From positions 5,971-69,970 of the forward strand of contig JALOLA010000005.1 of NCBI GenBank assembly GCA_025456205.1: 64,000 nt of DNA, in the 5' to 3' direction. Positions within the stretch are counted from its first letter, which is position 1. Every line of letters begins with the position of its first letter. Both the position numbers and the translations under genes were made by a program. The notes beneath the pieces were generated by a model. That model was given only the letters and a program-made list of their open reading frames with translations. It was not told the origin of the DNA and did no database searches. The stretch is from Acidobacteriota bacterium. GTDB lineage: Bacteria; Acidobacteriota; Aminicenantia; UBA2199. Positions 1-12,346 of this stretch are shown here, piece by piece.

Positions 1-721
1 CGGCGACGCTCCTGCCGATATGTGCTGACCCTTCCAGCACCCGGGCTTCCAGGAAATAATTGTCGCGGCTGATCTCAGCGGCCGCCGCGCCTGCCGGCAG
101 CAGCCACCTGGAAAAAAAGGTGATGTAGATGAACCCGCCCAGGCAGAGGGGCAGTCCCACCCAGGCGAACTGGAAAAGCCCCAGGCCATTCAACCCCGCT
201 TCCAGGGCCAGGCCGTTGACGATCAGGTTGGTCGAGGTTCCGACCAGGGTGACGGTGCCGCCGATGATGGCGGCATAGGATAGAGGCAGCAGCAGCTTGG
301 CCGGGGGAAAATGGCGATTGTTCTTCAACGGCGCGAGGAACGAGGCCACCACGGCGGTGTTGTTCAGGAAGGCCGAGAGTGGGAATATGCTCAGGCACAG
401 GCGGGCCAGTGTGCGCGGCAGCGAATGGCCGACGAGGACCAGGCGGCTCAGCCAGTCGCTGAGGGGCGTCTTCTCGATCACCGCAGCGGCCTGCAGGATC
501 AGGACCAGGGTCACCAGCGCCGGGTTGATGAATTGCGCGAGCAGCTGCCCGGCCGGGATCAGCCCGGAAACAAAGAAGACGAACAGCGCGGCGGCGAAAA
601 GGAACGCCGGGTGGGTCTTGGTCCGGATCAGCAGGACGAACAGCAGGGCGATCACGAGAATGACGAATGCGGCGATGGGGCCTCCCGTCGGCGCCCCAGT
701 GTACCCGAAACGCCCGCGCAT
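1..721 (-). CDS. SLC13/DASS-like anion permease with the start of a TrkA-C domain; N-terminal part only, gene runs off the left edge
   Basis: Absent from the ORF track because it has no stop in the window. My reverse-strand translation from ATG 721..719 gives MRGRFGYTGAPTGGPIAAFVILVIALLFVLLIRTK...NNTAVVASFLAPL...AAIIGGTVTLVGTSTNLIVNG...FLEARVLEGSAHIGRSV. This is a multi-TM permease with the GTSTNL region followed by a TrkA-C-like motif. GC3 bias fits this frame. Confidence 0.7.
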   Translation of the reverse strand, partial: MRGRFGYTGAPTGGPIAAFVILVIALLFVLLIRTKTHPAFLFAAALFVFFVSGLIPAGQLLAQFINPALVTLVLILQAAAVIEKTPLSDWLSRLVLVGHSLPRTLARLCLSIFPLSAFLNNTAVVASFLAPLKNNRHFPPAKLLLPLSYAAIIGGTVTLVGTSTNLIVNGLALEAGLNGLGLFQFAWVGLPLCLGGFIYITFFSRWLLPAGAAAAEISRDNYFLEARVLEGSAHIGRSVA

Positions 722-793
722 TTCAAGGCAACGGCCGCGTCCAGCGGCCGCTTCCGGGTTGACCGCCCGTGCTTTTTCTGCTACAAGGGAGCC

Positions 794-1852
794 ATGACAG
801 TCGAACAGTTCCTGCCGGCCTTTCATTTCGGCGATGCGGTCGGCAATTCCGCCTGGGCCCTGCACCGCTTCCTGCTCAGCCGCGGCATCGAAAGCCGTCT
901 GGTGGCGATGACGCGCGATGACTGCCTGAAGGACAAGGCCGTGGCCTTCGCCGAGTACCAGCTCGACCCGCATTCCGTGAAGATCCTGCATTTTGCCGTG
1001 CCCTCGGCCCTGAGCGATTTCTTTGCGGGACTGAAGGGCAAGAAGGCCCTGATCTACCATAACGTCACCCCGGCCCATTTTTTTGCCGGCTATTCTGATT
1101 TTTTCACCCGCTTCACCACGGCCGGACGGGAACAGCTGCAGAGGCTGAACCAGGCGTTCGACCTGGCCGTCGGCGATTCCACCTACAATGCCGACGAGCT
1201 GCGCGCGCTGGGTTTTGCCAACGTCCACACCTTCCCCCTGATCGTCGACCTGGACGACTATGGCGGCGAGCCCAGCCGGGCCTACATGGAGCTGCTCAAA
1301 AACGAGCGCCGGAACATCGTGTTCGCCGGCCGCATCATGCCCAACAAGAAGATCGAGGACCTGGTGCGGGTGGTGTTCTTCTACAAGAAGTACATCTCGC
1401 CCGCCGTGCGCCTGATCGTGGTCGGCAACACCCGTTCGCTGCCGAAGTATTTCCATGCCGTTTCCGACCTGGCCGCGCGCTTTTTGCTGACGTCCGAGGA
1501 CGTCCTGTTCACCGGCCACCTGCCCGGCGATGAATTCCTGGCGGTGTACCGGCTGGCGGACGTGTTCCTCTCCATGAGCGAGCACGAGGGATTCTGCCTG
1601 CCGCTGCTGGAAAGCTGCTATTTCCAGGTGCCGGTGCTGGCCTACGATGCCGCGGCGGTGGCGGAGACCCTGGGCGGGGCCGGGATCCTGCTGCGCGACA
1701 AGGATCCGGCGCGCGCCGCCGGCCTGGTGGAGCAGGTGCTGGAGAGCGAGCCGCTGCGCCGGCAGCTGCAGGCCAGGGCCGCCGCCCGCATCGAGAGCTA
1801 CCGCCGGCAGTCCGATCCCGCGGTGCTGCTGGACATGTTGAGCCGGCTGTAG
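794..1852 (+). CDS. Glycosyltransferase family 4 (Glycos_transf_1 type)
   Basis: Internal ATG at 794 of ORF 311..1852 (MTVEQFLPAFHFGDAVGNSA...), with AGGGAG upstream. The C-terminal half has the retaining-GT motif region (FTGHLPGDEFLAVYRLADVFLSMSEHEGFCLPLLES). ORF residues before 794 are antisense to the permease gene and are rejected. Confidence 0.85.
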   Translation: MTVEQFLPAFHFGDAVGNSAWALHRFLLSRGIESRLVAMTRDDCLKDKAVAFAEYQLDPHSVKILHFAVPSALSDFFAGLKGKKALIYHNVTPAHFFAGYSDFFTRFTTAGREQLQRLNQAFDLAVGDSTYNADELRALGFANVHTFPLIVDLDDYGGEPSRAYMELLKNERRNIVFAGRIMPNKKIEDLVRVVFFYKKYISPAVRLIVVGNTRSLPKYFHAVSDLAARFLLTSEDVLFTGHLPGDEFLAVYRLADVFLSMSEHEGFCLPLLESCYFQVPVLAYDAAAVAETLGGAGILLRDKDPARAAGLVEQVLESEPLRRQLQARAAARIESYRRQSDPAVLLDMLSRL

Positions 1853-1856
1853 GTCG

Positions 1857-2960
1857 ATGATCTCCGTCGGCGTCGTCATCCAGCGCTACGGCAAAGACGT
1901 GACCGGCGCCGCCGGGACCCTGGCCCGCAACGTGGCCGAGCGCTTGCGGAGACTGGGAGCGCGGACGACCGTTTTCACCACCTGCGCCAGGGACCCTCTC
2001 GCCTGGGGCAACGAGCACCCCAGCGGGGAATCGCTGTTGCAGGGGGTGCGCGTCAGGCGCTTCCCGACCGTTGGCGCCGGGCCGGATTCGCCGGACCTGG
2101 TGGCGGGGCTCGTCGCTGCCCAGCGGGAGATCGACCTCTTCCTTTTTTTCTCCTGCTCCGCGCCGGCCGCCCTGGAGGGGATCCCGGCGCTGAGCAAGCC
2201 GGTCATCCTCTTCCCCCTCGTCCAGGACGGGCTCCCCGCCTGCCCGCCGGCCACGGCCGGGGTCTGGATCCGCCCGCGCGCCCTTTTTTTCCTGACCGGA
2301 GCCGAGATGGACGTGGTGCAGCGGCAATTCGCGCCGCCGGGAAGGATGCGCCTGGTGCGCATCGGGGTGGAAACCCGTGCCGCCGTCGACGAGGCGCCCT
2401 TGCGCCGCCGCTTCCAGCTGATCGCGCCCTACCTGCTCTATGCCGGCCGCATCGAGCCCGGGCGGGGGCTGGAGGCGCTGTTCGACCATCATCGGGCCGT
2501 CCGCCAGGAGGCCTTTGTCGACCTGGTGCTGATCGGCGAGAAGCGCATGGACCTGCCCGCGTTCCAGGGGGTGAAATGCCTGGGCGTCCTGCGCGGGGAC
2601 GAGCGCTTGGCCGCCTTCCAGGGCGCCCTCCTTTCCGTGCAGCCTGCGGCGCGGGAGAGCCTCTCGCTCGCCACGCTCGAATCCTTCGCCGCGCGCACGC
2701 CGGCGCTGGTCGACCGCCGCTTCCCTGTCCTGCTGGAGCACGTCGAAGCCTCGAACGCCGGGCTGGCCTACGACGGCGTGGAGGAATTCCTGGCCGGGTT
2801 CAGGCGCATCCAGCGCCGCCCGGCGCTGCGGCAGCGGCTGGGCGAGAGAGGCCTGGAGCATGTGCAGCGCTATTACTCTTGGGAAACGGTGATGGGGGAG
2901 ATCCAGGCAGGAATAGCAGAAGTCTTGGAAAAAAAAAAGACGGCAGACGTTAGACGTTAG
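1857..2960 (+). CDS. Glycosyltransferase (GT-B fold, family 4-like)
   Basis: 367-aa ORF starting 4 nt after the previous GT. N-terminus VVIQRYGKDVTGAAGTLARNVAERL and C-terminal YAGRIEPGRGLEAL...ESLSLATLESFAARTPALV resemble GT4 enzymes. The last codons (DVRR*) lie inside heptamer repeat A. Confidence 0.7.
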   Translation: MISVGVVIQRYGKDVTGAAGTLARNVAERLRRLGARTTVFTTCARDPLAWGNEHPSGESLLQGVRVRRFPTVGAGPDSPDLVAGLVAAQREIDLFLFFSCSAPAALEGIPALSKPVILFPLVQDGLPACPPATAGVWIRPRALFFLTGAEMDVVQRQFAPPGRMRLVRIGVETRAAVDEAPLRRRFQLIAPYLLYAGRIEPGRGLEALFDHHRAVRQEAFVDLVLIGEKRMDLPAFQGVKCLGVLRGDERLAAFQGALLSVQPAARESLSLATLESFAARTPALVDRRFPVLLEHVEASNAGLAYDGVEEFLAGFRRIQRRPALRQRLGERGLEHVQRYYSWETVMGEIQAGIAEVLEKKKTADVRR

Positions 2961-3067
2961 TAGTTAGCAAGAGAGAGCGATCTTATTATTTTCGGATAGG
3001 AATCGGTAAAGGCTCAGTTAACGTCTTTTTTACTCTTGCTAACGTCTAATGTCTGACATCTAACGTC
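2946..3067. repeat. Heptamer-arm inverted repeat element A (compact copy)
   Basis: Left arm 2946..2973 is gacgtta gacgtta gtagtta gcaagag. The AT-rich centre holds core AGGAATCGGT at 2998..3007. Right arm 3033..3067 is ctcttgc taacgtc taatgtc tgacatc taacgtc, the reverse complement of the left units. It fills the gap between the convergent GT gene and rho. Confidence 0.85.
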
Positions 3068-3079
3068 TTCTTCGGGGTT

Positions 3080-4345
3080 TTACATCCCCTTTGACATCAT
3101 GTTGATGAACTCGGCGTTGGACTTGGTCTTGGAGAGCTTGTCCACCAGCAGTTCCATGGCCTCGACCTCGGACATCTGCGCCAGCACCTTGCGCAGTACC
3201 CAGATCTTGCTCAGCTCATCGCGCTCGATCAGCAGCTCTTCCTTGCGCGTGCCGGAGCGGAACAGGTCGATGGCCGGGAAGACGCGCTTGTCGGCGAGGC
3301 GGCGGTCGAGGTTGATCTCCATGTTGCCGGTGCCCTTGAATTCTTCGAAGATGACCTCATCCATGCGGCTGCCGGAATCGACGATGGCCGTGGCCAGGAT
3401 GGTCAGGCTGCCGCCGCCCTCGATGTTCCTGGCGGCGCCGAAGAACTTCTTGGGCTTGTTCAGGGCATTGGCGTCGATGCCGCCCGAGAGCACCTTGCCG
3501 GATGCCGGCGTGATGGCGTTATGGGCGCGGGCCAGGCGGGTGATCGAGTCGAGCAGGATGACCACGTCCTTGCCCATCTCCACCATGCGCTTGGCCTTCT
3601 CGAGCACGATGTCAGCCACCTTGGTGTGGCGCAGGGGGATCTCGTCGAAGGTGGAGGCGATGACCTCGCCCTTGACGTTGCGGCTCATGTCGGTGACTTC
3701 CTCGGGACGCTCGTCGATGAGCAGGACGATGAGGTTGACCTCCGGGTGATTGACCTCGATGGACTTGGCGATGCTCTGCAGGATCATGGTCTTGCCGGTG
3801 CGCGGGGCGGCCACGATCAGGCCGCGCTGCCCCTTGCCGATGGGGGTGAGCAGGTTCATCACCCGGCCGGACATGTTGTCCGTGCCGGTCTCGAGGTTGA
3901 TCTTCTCGTCGGGGTAGAGCGGCGTCAGCTTCTCGAAGCGGACGTTGCGCCGCTTCTCGTTGACCGTCTCGGGGTCCTCGTTGTTGACCGCCTCCACGCT
4001 CAGCAGGGCGAAGTACTTCTCCCCGGTCTTGGGCGGGCGCACCGAGCCCGACACCGTGTCGCCGGTGCGCAGGTCGAACTTGTTCACCTGGGAAGGGGAA
4101 ACGTAGATGTCCTCCGGGCTGGTCAGGTAGGCGTATTCCTGGAAGCGCAGGAAGCCGTAGCCCTCGCTGTGCACTTCGATGACGCCCTCGGCGAAGAGCT
4201 TGCCGCTGGCGCGGGCCTGGGCGTCCAGCACCTTGAAGAACAGGGAGTTCTTGTCGCTGACGTCCTTGTCATCGATCTCCATTTCCTTGACCAGTTTTTT
4301 CAGCTCCAGCGCTTTCATGGCTTGCAGGTCTTTCAATGAATACAT
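3080..4345 (-). CDS. rho: Transcription termination factor Rho
   Basis: [24 protein letters not shown] (Rho N-terminal domain), an RNA-binding OB region, Walker A AAPRTGKT, and the C-terminus [25 protein letters not shown]. Start is the internal ATG 4345, preceded by AGGAG. Confidence 0.95.
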   Translation of the reverse strand: MYSLKDLQAMKALELKKLVKEMEIDDKDVSDKNSLFFKVLDAQARASGKLFAEGVIEVHSEGYGFLRFQEYAYLTSPEDIYVSPSQVNKFDLRTGDTVSGSVRPPKTGEKYFALLSVEAVNNEDPETVNEKRRNVRFEKLTPLYPDEKINLETGTDNMSGRVMNLLTPIGKGQRGLIVAAPRTGKTMILQSIAKSIEVNHPEVNLIVLLIDERPEEVTDMSRNVKGEVIASTFDEIPLRHTKVADIVLEKAKRMVEMGKDVVILLDSITRLARAHNAITPASGKVLSGGIDANALNKPKKFFGAARNIEGGGSLTILATAIVDSGSRMDEVIFEEFKGTGNMEINLDRRLADKRVFPAIDLFRSGTRKEELLIERDELSKIWVLRKVLAQMSEVEAMELLVDKLSKTKSNAEFINMMSKGM

Positions 4346-4347
4346 GT

Positions 4348-4920
4348 TCACTCCTTGATGGCCTCTTTGATCCGCCGCCAAATCTCGCTTTTGCCCGCCG
4401 GTGATTTGATCGAGAAGGAAATGGCGAGCAGCCCGAATTTGTTTTTGAATTGCGCGATGAGGTCCCGTTGTTGCGAAAAGGAAATCTTATCACTCTTGGT
4501 CAGGATTGTCAAGATGGGGAAATTTTTTTCGACGATCTGGGCCAGCGTCTCCAGGTCGGGGGGCAGGAAGCCGTGCCGCGAGTCGATGAGCATGACGGCC
4601 AGCTTGACGTTCTCCACCCGGGCCAGGAAATCGGCGATGAGCTTGCGCACGCGGACGCTCTCGCCCTTGGACACCCGGGCGTAGCCGTAGCCGGGCAGAT
4701 CGGCGAAGACCAGCCTGCCGTCGACGCGGTAATAATTGACGCTCAGCGTCTTGCCGGGCATGGAGCTGGTCTTGGCCAGGCGCCGCTCCAGCAGCGCGTT
4801 GATCAGCGAGGACTTGCCCACGTTGGAGCGGCCGAAGAACAGCACCTTGGGGTGCGGGTCGGCCGGCAGCTGGCTGGCGTTGAAGAAAGTGCCGGCGAGT
4901 TCGGATCTTTTTATGTTCAT
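4348..4920 (-). CDS. engB: Ribosome-biogenesis GTPase EngB/YihA/YsxC
   Basis: 190 aa with G1 motif [14 protein letters not shown] and DLPGYGYA. Sits directly downstream of lon, as in Bacillus. Confidence 0.9.
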   Translation of the reverse strand: MNIKRSELAGTFFNASQLPADPHPKVLFFGRSNVGKSSLINALLERRLAKTSSMPGKTLSVNYYRVDGRLVFADLPGYGYARVSKGESVRVRKLIADFLARVENVKLAVMLIDSRHGFLPPDLETLAQIVEKNFPILTILTKSDKISFSQQRDLIAQFKNKFGLLAISFSIKSPAGKSEIWRRIKEAIKE

Positions 4921-4937
4921 GCTCGAAAAACGGTCGT

Positions 4938-7255
<2,318 letters not shown>

Positions 7256-7268
<13 letters not shown>

Positions 7269-8470
7269 TTTTTGTCTTTGAGGAATGTGCCGTCGATCAG
7301 CACCTTGCCGACCGACTCCTTGCGCGAGGGGATCTCGAACATCAGGTCGAGCATGATCTCCTCGAAGATGGCGCGCAGCCCGCGGGCACCGACGCCGCGG
7401 GCGACGGCCTGGGCGGTGATCATCTCCAGGGCTTCTTTGGAGAACTCCAGGTCGACGCCGTCCATCTTGAGCAGGGCCTTGAACTGCTTGGTGAGGGCGT
7501 CCTTGGGCTCCAGCAGGATGCGGTAGAGCTGGTCCTTGTCGAGCTCATTGAGCACGCCCATGACCGAGAAGCGCCCGACCAGCTCGGGGATGAGGCCGAA
7601 GCGGATCAGGTCGTCGGGCTGCGCCTGCTCGAAGATGTCGGCGCGGAAGGCCCGCGCCTTCTCCTTGGCGGTGGAGAAGCCGATGACGTTCTTCTTCAGG
7701 CGCCGCTGGATGATCTTGTCCAGGCCGACGAAGGCGCCGCCGGCGATGAAGAGGATGTTCTTGGTGTCGATCTTGAGGAATTCCTGGTAAGGGTGCTTGC
7801 GCCCGCCCAGCGGCGGCACGTTGGCCACGGTGCCCTCGACGATCTTGAGCAGCGCCTGCTGCACCCCTTCGCCGGAGACGTCGCGGGTGATGGACGGGTT
7901 CTCGCTCTTGCGCGAGATCTTGTCCAGCTCGTCGATGTAGACGATGCCCTTCTCGGCCAGCTCCTTGTTCTCGCCGGCGGCCTGGTAGAGCTTGAGCAGG
8001 ATGTTCTCCACGTCCTCGCCGACGTATCCCGCCTCGGTCAGGGTGGTGGCGTCGGCCATGGCGAAGGGCACGTCCAGCACCTTGGCCAGGGTTTCGGCCA
8101 GCAGCGTCTTGCCGGTGCCGGTCGGCCCGATGAGCAGGACGTTGCTCTTGCGGATGTCGACCTTGGCCAGGTTCTGGTTGTGGCCGATGCGCTTGTAGTG
8201 GTTGTAGACGGCCACGGCCAGCTTTTTCTTGGCCGCGTCCTGGGAGATGATATACTCGTCGAGCTTGCCCTTGATCTCGACCGGGGTGAGCAGCTTCAGC
8301 TTCTTGCCGCTGGCGGCGGGCTTCGGGGCTTCGCCGCCGCTGAAGATCAGGTTGTAGGCGGTCTTGGTGCACTCGTCGCAGATGTATACCCCGGGCCCGG
8401 CGATCAGCTTGACCGCCCGCGACTGGGGAATGCCGCAGAAGCTGCAGCGGGCTTCCTTTTCTTCCTTCAT
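7256..8470 (-). CDS. clpX: ATP-dependent Clp protease ATP-binding subunit ClpX
   Basis: N-terminal C4 zinc finger CSFCG...CDEC, Walker A GPTGTGKT, and the C-terminal AAA lid. Confidence 0.95.
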
Positions 8471-9072
8471 TTGCTCGCTTTGCGCTCCTTCTTGCGGTCG
8501 ACGATCACCGAGTCGATGATGCCGTACTTCAAGGCCTCGTCCGGGGACATGATGTAGTCGCGCTCGATGTCCTGGGCGACCTTTTCCGGCTTCTGCCCGG
8601 TGTGGAAGGAGAGGATCTCGATCGTCTTCTCCTTCACCTTGCGCATCTCCTCGGCCTGGATCATGATATCGGTGGCCTGGCCCTCGAAGCCCCCGAGCGG
8701 CTGGTGGATGATCACCTTGGAGTTGGGCAGGGCGAAGCGCTTGCCCTTGCTGCCGCCGGCGAGCAGGAGGGCGGCCATGGAGGCGGCCTGGCCGATGCAG
8801 ATGGTCACCACGTCGTTCTTGATGAAGCGCATGGTGTCGTAGATGGCCATGCCGGAGCTGATGATGCCGCCGGGGGAGTTGATGTAGATGGAAACGTCCT
8901 TCTCCGGGTCCTCGGCCTCGAGGAACAGCAGCTGGGCGATGGTGACGTTGGCCACGTTGTCGTCGATCGGCGAGCCGAGGAAGATGACCGAATCCTTCAA
9001 CAGCCGGGAATAGATGTCGTAGGCCCGTTCGACGTTCCCGGCCTGCTCGATGACCATGGGGATCAGTGGCAT
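8467..9072 (-). CDS. clpP: ATP-dependent Clp protease proteolytic subunit ClpP
   Basis: 201 aa with IYINSPGG and the catalytic serine region [11 protein letters not shown]. Overlaps clpX by 4 nt. Confidence 0.95.
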   Translation of the reverse strand: MPLIPMVIEQAGNVERAYDIYSRLLKDSVIFLGSPIDDNVANVTIAQLLFLEAEDPEKDVSIYINSPGGIISSGMAIYDTMRFIKNDVVTICIGQAASMAALLLAGGSKGKRFALPNSKVIIHQPLGGFEGQATDIMIQAEEMRKVKEKTIEILSFHTGQKPEKVAQDIERDYIMSPDEALKYGIIDSVIVDRKKERKASK

Positions 9073-9073
9073 G

Positions 9074-10399
9074 TTATACCTCTTTTACCTTGATTTTTCC
9101 CTTCAGGAACTCGTTGATCTTGACCTGGAGCAGGTGGTCCCTCAACTCGGCCGCCTTTTTCTCCTCGCCGTAGTACTTGCGGATCTCCTTCTCCGCCACG
9201 TGGTGGTGCTGCGCCAGGTGGGCGTACTCCTTCTCCAGGTCGGCGTCGTTGACGGCGAGCTGGTACTTCTCGCGTACCCGGTCCAGGATCAGCGACAGGC
9301 GCACCGCCTTTTCGGCCTGAGCGAAGATCAGTTCCTTGAACCTGGCCTTCTCTTCATCGTCCTTGAAGTTCAGGGGCTGGCGGTTCTGGGTCAGGCGGCG
9401 GGTCACCTCCTGCTCCTGCAGGGAGCGCGGCACCGGGAAACTGCTGGCGGCCAGCAGCTTCTCGAAGATGCCGTCCAGCAGCGCCTCGTCGCGGCGGTGC
9501 TCCTGGTGGTGCTGGTGCTCCTCCTTCAGCTGGCGCTTGAACTCCTCAACGCTTTTCAAACCCAGCGACTGGAGGAATTCCTCGTCCAGCGCGGGTTTTT
9601 TCAGCTCGTAGATCGCCTTGATCTCCACCTGGTGCTCGATCCTCTTCCCGGACCAGGCCTTTTTCTTGGCGTCGGCGGGGTAGTCGGCCTGCAGCGTGAA
9701 GCTCTCGCCGCCCTGCTTGCCCAGCAGGGCGTCGTACAAGCCGGCGATCTCCGAGGGATTCTCGGCCTTCATCATGAAATAGGTCTCCTGGCGGGGCCAT
9801 TTCCTCTTGCTGGCCGCCTCGGAGGACTGCACCATGAGCAGCACCAGGTCGTCGGCGGCCACGGGCCGCCCCTGCACCGGCAGCGACCTCTTGTTGCCCT
9901 CGAGCACGCGCTCGATCTGCTGCGCTTCGTCGAACGCCTCGCCCTTCAGGGCGGCGGCCGGGATCTCGACGCGCAGGCCGTCCAGTTCGGGCAGGTCGAC
10001 CTCGGGCAGGACCTCGACGGCGATATCGGCCAGGAAGCCTTCCGCGCCGCGGTCATCCATCTTTTCCACGTAGGGCTCGCCGGCGATGGCCAGCTTGTCC
10101 TGCTCGATGCGGGCGAAGGCCAGCTTGCTCACCGCCTGCTGGATGACCTCGTCGCGCAGGGCCTGCTGGTGCACTTTTTTCACCACGTCCACCGGCACTT
10201 TGCCCTGGCGGAAGCCGGGCATTTTCATTTTATGGCTGTATTCCTCGGCCAGCAGGTCGATGGCGCGGGCGATCTCCTCGCGGCCCAGCGAAACCTGGAA
10301 GCGGCGCAGCAGCGGATGGTCCTCCGTCGTGGCGGGGGCCGGGACGCCGCCGGCCTCGGAAGCGGGCTTGTTTTCCATATCCGCTTTTTCGTGATTCAT
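9074..10399 (-). CDS. tig: Trigger factor
   Basis: 441 aa with the ribosome-binding GFRxGKxP motif ([14 protein letters not shown]). Sits in the tig-clpP-clpX-lon synteny. AGGAG lies 8 nt upstream. About 30 aa of N-terminal extension. Confidence 0.9.
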   Translation of the reverse strand: MNHEKADMENKPASEAGGVPAPATTEDHPLLRRFQVSLGREEIARAIDLLAEEYSHKMKMPGFRQGKVPVDVVKKVHQQALRDEVIQQAVSKLAFARIEQDKLAIAGEPYVEKMDDRGAEGFLADIAVEVLPEVDLPELDGLRVEIPAAALKGEAFDEAQQIERVLEGNKRSLPVQGRPVAADDLVLLMVQSSEAASKRKWPRQETYFMMKAENPSEIAGLYDALLGKQGGESFTLQADYPADAKKKAWSGKRIEHQVEIKAIYELKKPALDEEFLQSLGLKSVEEFKRQLKEEHQHHQEHRRDEALLDGIFEKLLAASSFPVPRSLQEQEVTRRLTQNRQPLNFKDDEEKARFKELIFAQAEKAVRLSLILDRVREKYQLAVNDADLEKEYAHLAQHHHVAEKEIRKYYGEEKKAAELRDHLLQVKINEFLKGKIKVKEV

Positions 10400-10465
10400 G
10401 ATGGTGACTCCTGGTTCGGTCTTGGGAAAGGCTTAGGGAAACTGTAACAAAAAAGCCCTGCTTTG

Positions 10466-11359
10466 TCAAATGGCCAGGGAAGCGATGTCGCGGCGGATCT
10501 GCTCCGCCAATTCGCCGGCGCCGGCGAATTTTCTCTCGTCGCGGATCTTGTCGATGAAGTGCAGGCGGACCTTGCGGCCGTAGACCATGCGCCGGAAGCC
10601 GGGCAGGTGCGTTTCGATGCGCGGGCCCTGGGCGGCCTGGCCGAAGGTCGGGGCGCAGCCGATGTTGGTGAGGGCGGGGTAGGAGGCGCCGGCGATGTCC
10701 ACCCGGGTATGGAACACGCCGGGAGGCAGGATGGCGTTCTCGCTGGCGATGTTCAGTGTCGGAAAGCCGAGCGTGCGGCCGCGGCCCGCCCCGCGCACCA
10801 CCCGGCCGTCGATGAAATAGGGCTTTTCCAGCAGGCGCCCGGCCTGGCGGACGGCCCCGGCGGCAAGCTGCTTGCGGATCAGGGAGCTGGCCACCCGGCA
10901 GCCGTCGATCTCGACGTCGGGGGCCTGGATGAGGGTGAAGCGGCCGCCGGTCTCGCGCCGCAGGGTGGCCAGGTCGCCCTCGCGGTCGCGGCCGAAGCGG
11001 AAATCGCCGCCGACGACCAGGACGCTCAAGCGCAGGGTGCGCAGCAGGATGTCGGCGACGAAGTCACGGGCCGGGCAGGCGGCCACGGCGGCGAAGTCGA
11101 TGAAAAATAGGCGGTCCAGCGCCTGGCGCCTCAGGCTTTCCAGGCGTTGGGCGTCGGTGCTGATCAGGCGGATGGGCTGGCCGAAGAACACGCGCGGGTG
11201 GGGGCGGAAGGTGAGGACCACTGCCGCCAGGGAGCGCCGTTGCGCCTCGGCCGTCAGCGTCTCGATGATGCGGCGGTGGCCGGCATGAAAGCCGTCGAAG
11301 TTGCCGATGGCCACGGCGCTGGGGCCGGCGAGCCTCTCCAGGCGGGTGCGCAGTCTCAT
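10466..11359 (-). CDS. ribF: Bifunctional riboflavin kinase / FMN adenylyltransferase
   Basis: 297 aa. N-terminal GNFDGFHAGHRR nucleotidyltransferase motif and a C-terminal riboflavin kinase domain (GFPTLN). Confidence 0.9.
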   Translation of the reverse strand: MRLRTRLERLAGPSAVAIGNFDGFHAGHRRIIETLTAEAQRRSLAAVVLTFRPHPRVFFGQPIRLISTDAQRLESLRRQALDRLFFIDFAAVAACPARDFVADILLRTLRLSVLVVGGDFRFGRDREGDLATLRRETGGRFTLIQAPDVEIDGCRVASSLIRKQLAAGAVRQAGRLLEKPYFIDGRVVRGAGRGRTLGFPTLNIASENAILPPGVFHTRVDIAGASYPALTNIGCAPTFGQAAQGPRIETHLPGFRRMVYGRKVRLHFIDKIRDERKFAGAGELAEQIRRDIASLAI

Positions 11360-11365
11360 CGCCGG

Positions 11366-12346
11366 TCAGCGCGCGGGCTGGGAGATCGGCAGGCGGTCGC
11401 GGTACAGCTGCGCCTTCAGCAGCATGTTCTTGTCGTTGAAGGGCCGCAGCGGCGTGAAGAAGGTCAGCAGCAGGAGCAGGGCCAGCGCCGCCAGCAGGAA
11501 CTGGCCCAGGCGGCTGAGCTTGCGGGCGTTGTCGTGCTCCAGGTCCTCGAAGAGCTTCTTTTCCTGGATCTCCTGGATCTCGGTCTTCAGCTTTTTCTGC
11601 ATCAGCCCCTTGTTGAAGAGGTTGTACAGGTTCTTGTAGATCTTGTACTCGGTGAACTGGCCCATCTCCACGATGTCCTTGACCGTGTTCCTGCCGTTGA
11701 TGTGCTTGAGCAGGTTGACCTCGGTCTCGGTCATGTAGAGCGTGTCGGCGTCCTTGTTCTGCAGGTCGTCGTCGTATTCCGAGATCAGCGCGACCTTCTT
11801 GCTGCTCAGGGACACCGGCTCGAAGATGATGCCCTCGTCGGGAATGACCTTCTTGATCAGCGGCCACTCGTCGAGCATCTGCACCCCTTCCATGATCAGG
11901 TTGTCCACGGCGATGGGGGAGAGCAGCCGCAGCTCCTTGTCGACGTAGTCCAGCACCTTGAAGTTGTATTCGCCCTTCTTCCAGTTGAACAGCGAGAGCA
12001 CGATCTGGGTGGCCTGGATCCTGAGCACCTCGGGGATGATCTTCTCGTCGATCAGCCCCATGCCGATCAGGATCTCGCCGACCTTCTGGTTGGTCCGCTT
12101 CTGGATGGCCAGCGCCCGCTGCAGCATCTCCTCGCTGATGATCTCCTGCTTGACGAAGACGTTGCCCACGCGCATCTCCAGTTTCTTGGGGAAGGCGTCG
12201 ATGCCGATGATGAAGCCGTCCTCGAAGATCAGGGTGATGAACCCTTCCTGGCTGTTGAAGGTCAGGATGCCGGTCTTTTTCTGCAGCGAGATCAGCTGCA
12301 GGATGTCCGGGACCTTGAATTCGCGCAGCGTTCCCTTAAAAGCCAT
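11366..12346 (-). CDS. DUF4388 (PatA-N-like) domain protein with a C-terminal TM helix
   Basis: N-terminus FKGTLREFKVPDILQLISLQKKTGILTF is the typical DUF4388 opening. A second similar module follows. A hydrophobic helix (LLAALALLLLLTFF) lies near the C-terminus. Confidence 0.65.
   Translation of the reverse strand: MAFKGTLREFKVPDILQLISLQKKTGILTFNSQEGFITLIFEDGFIIGIDAFPKKLEMRVGNVFVKQEIISEEMLQRALAIQKRTNQKVGEILIGMGLIDEKIIPEVLRIQATQIVLSLFNWKKGEYNFKVLDYVDKELRLLSPIAVDNLIMEGVQMLDEWPLIKKVIPDEGIIFEPVSLSSKKVALISEYDDDLQNKDADTLYMTETEVNLLKHINGRNTVKDIVEMGQFTEYKIYKNLYNLFNKGLMQKKLKTEIQEIQEKKLFEDLEHDNARKLSRLGQFLLAALALLLLLTFFTPLRPFNDKNMLLKAQLYRDRLPISQPAR

Noticed and set aside
311-793. N-terminal 161 codons of ORF 311-1852
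   Set aside because: Arg/Gln/Gly-rich and antisense to the well-supported permease gene (1-721). The glycosyltransferase homology begins at ATG 794, which has its own SD.
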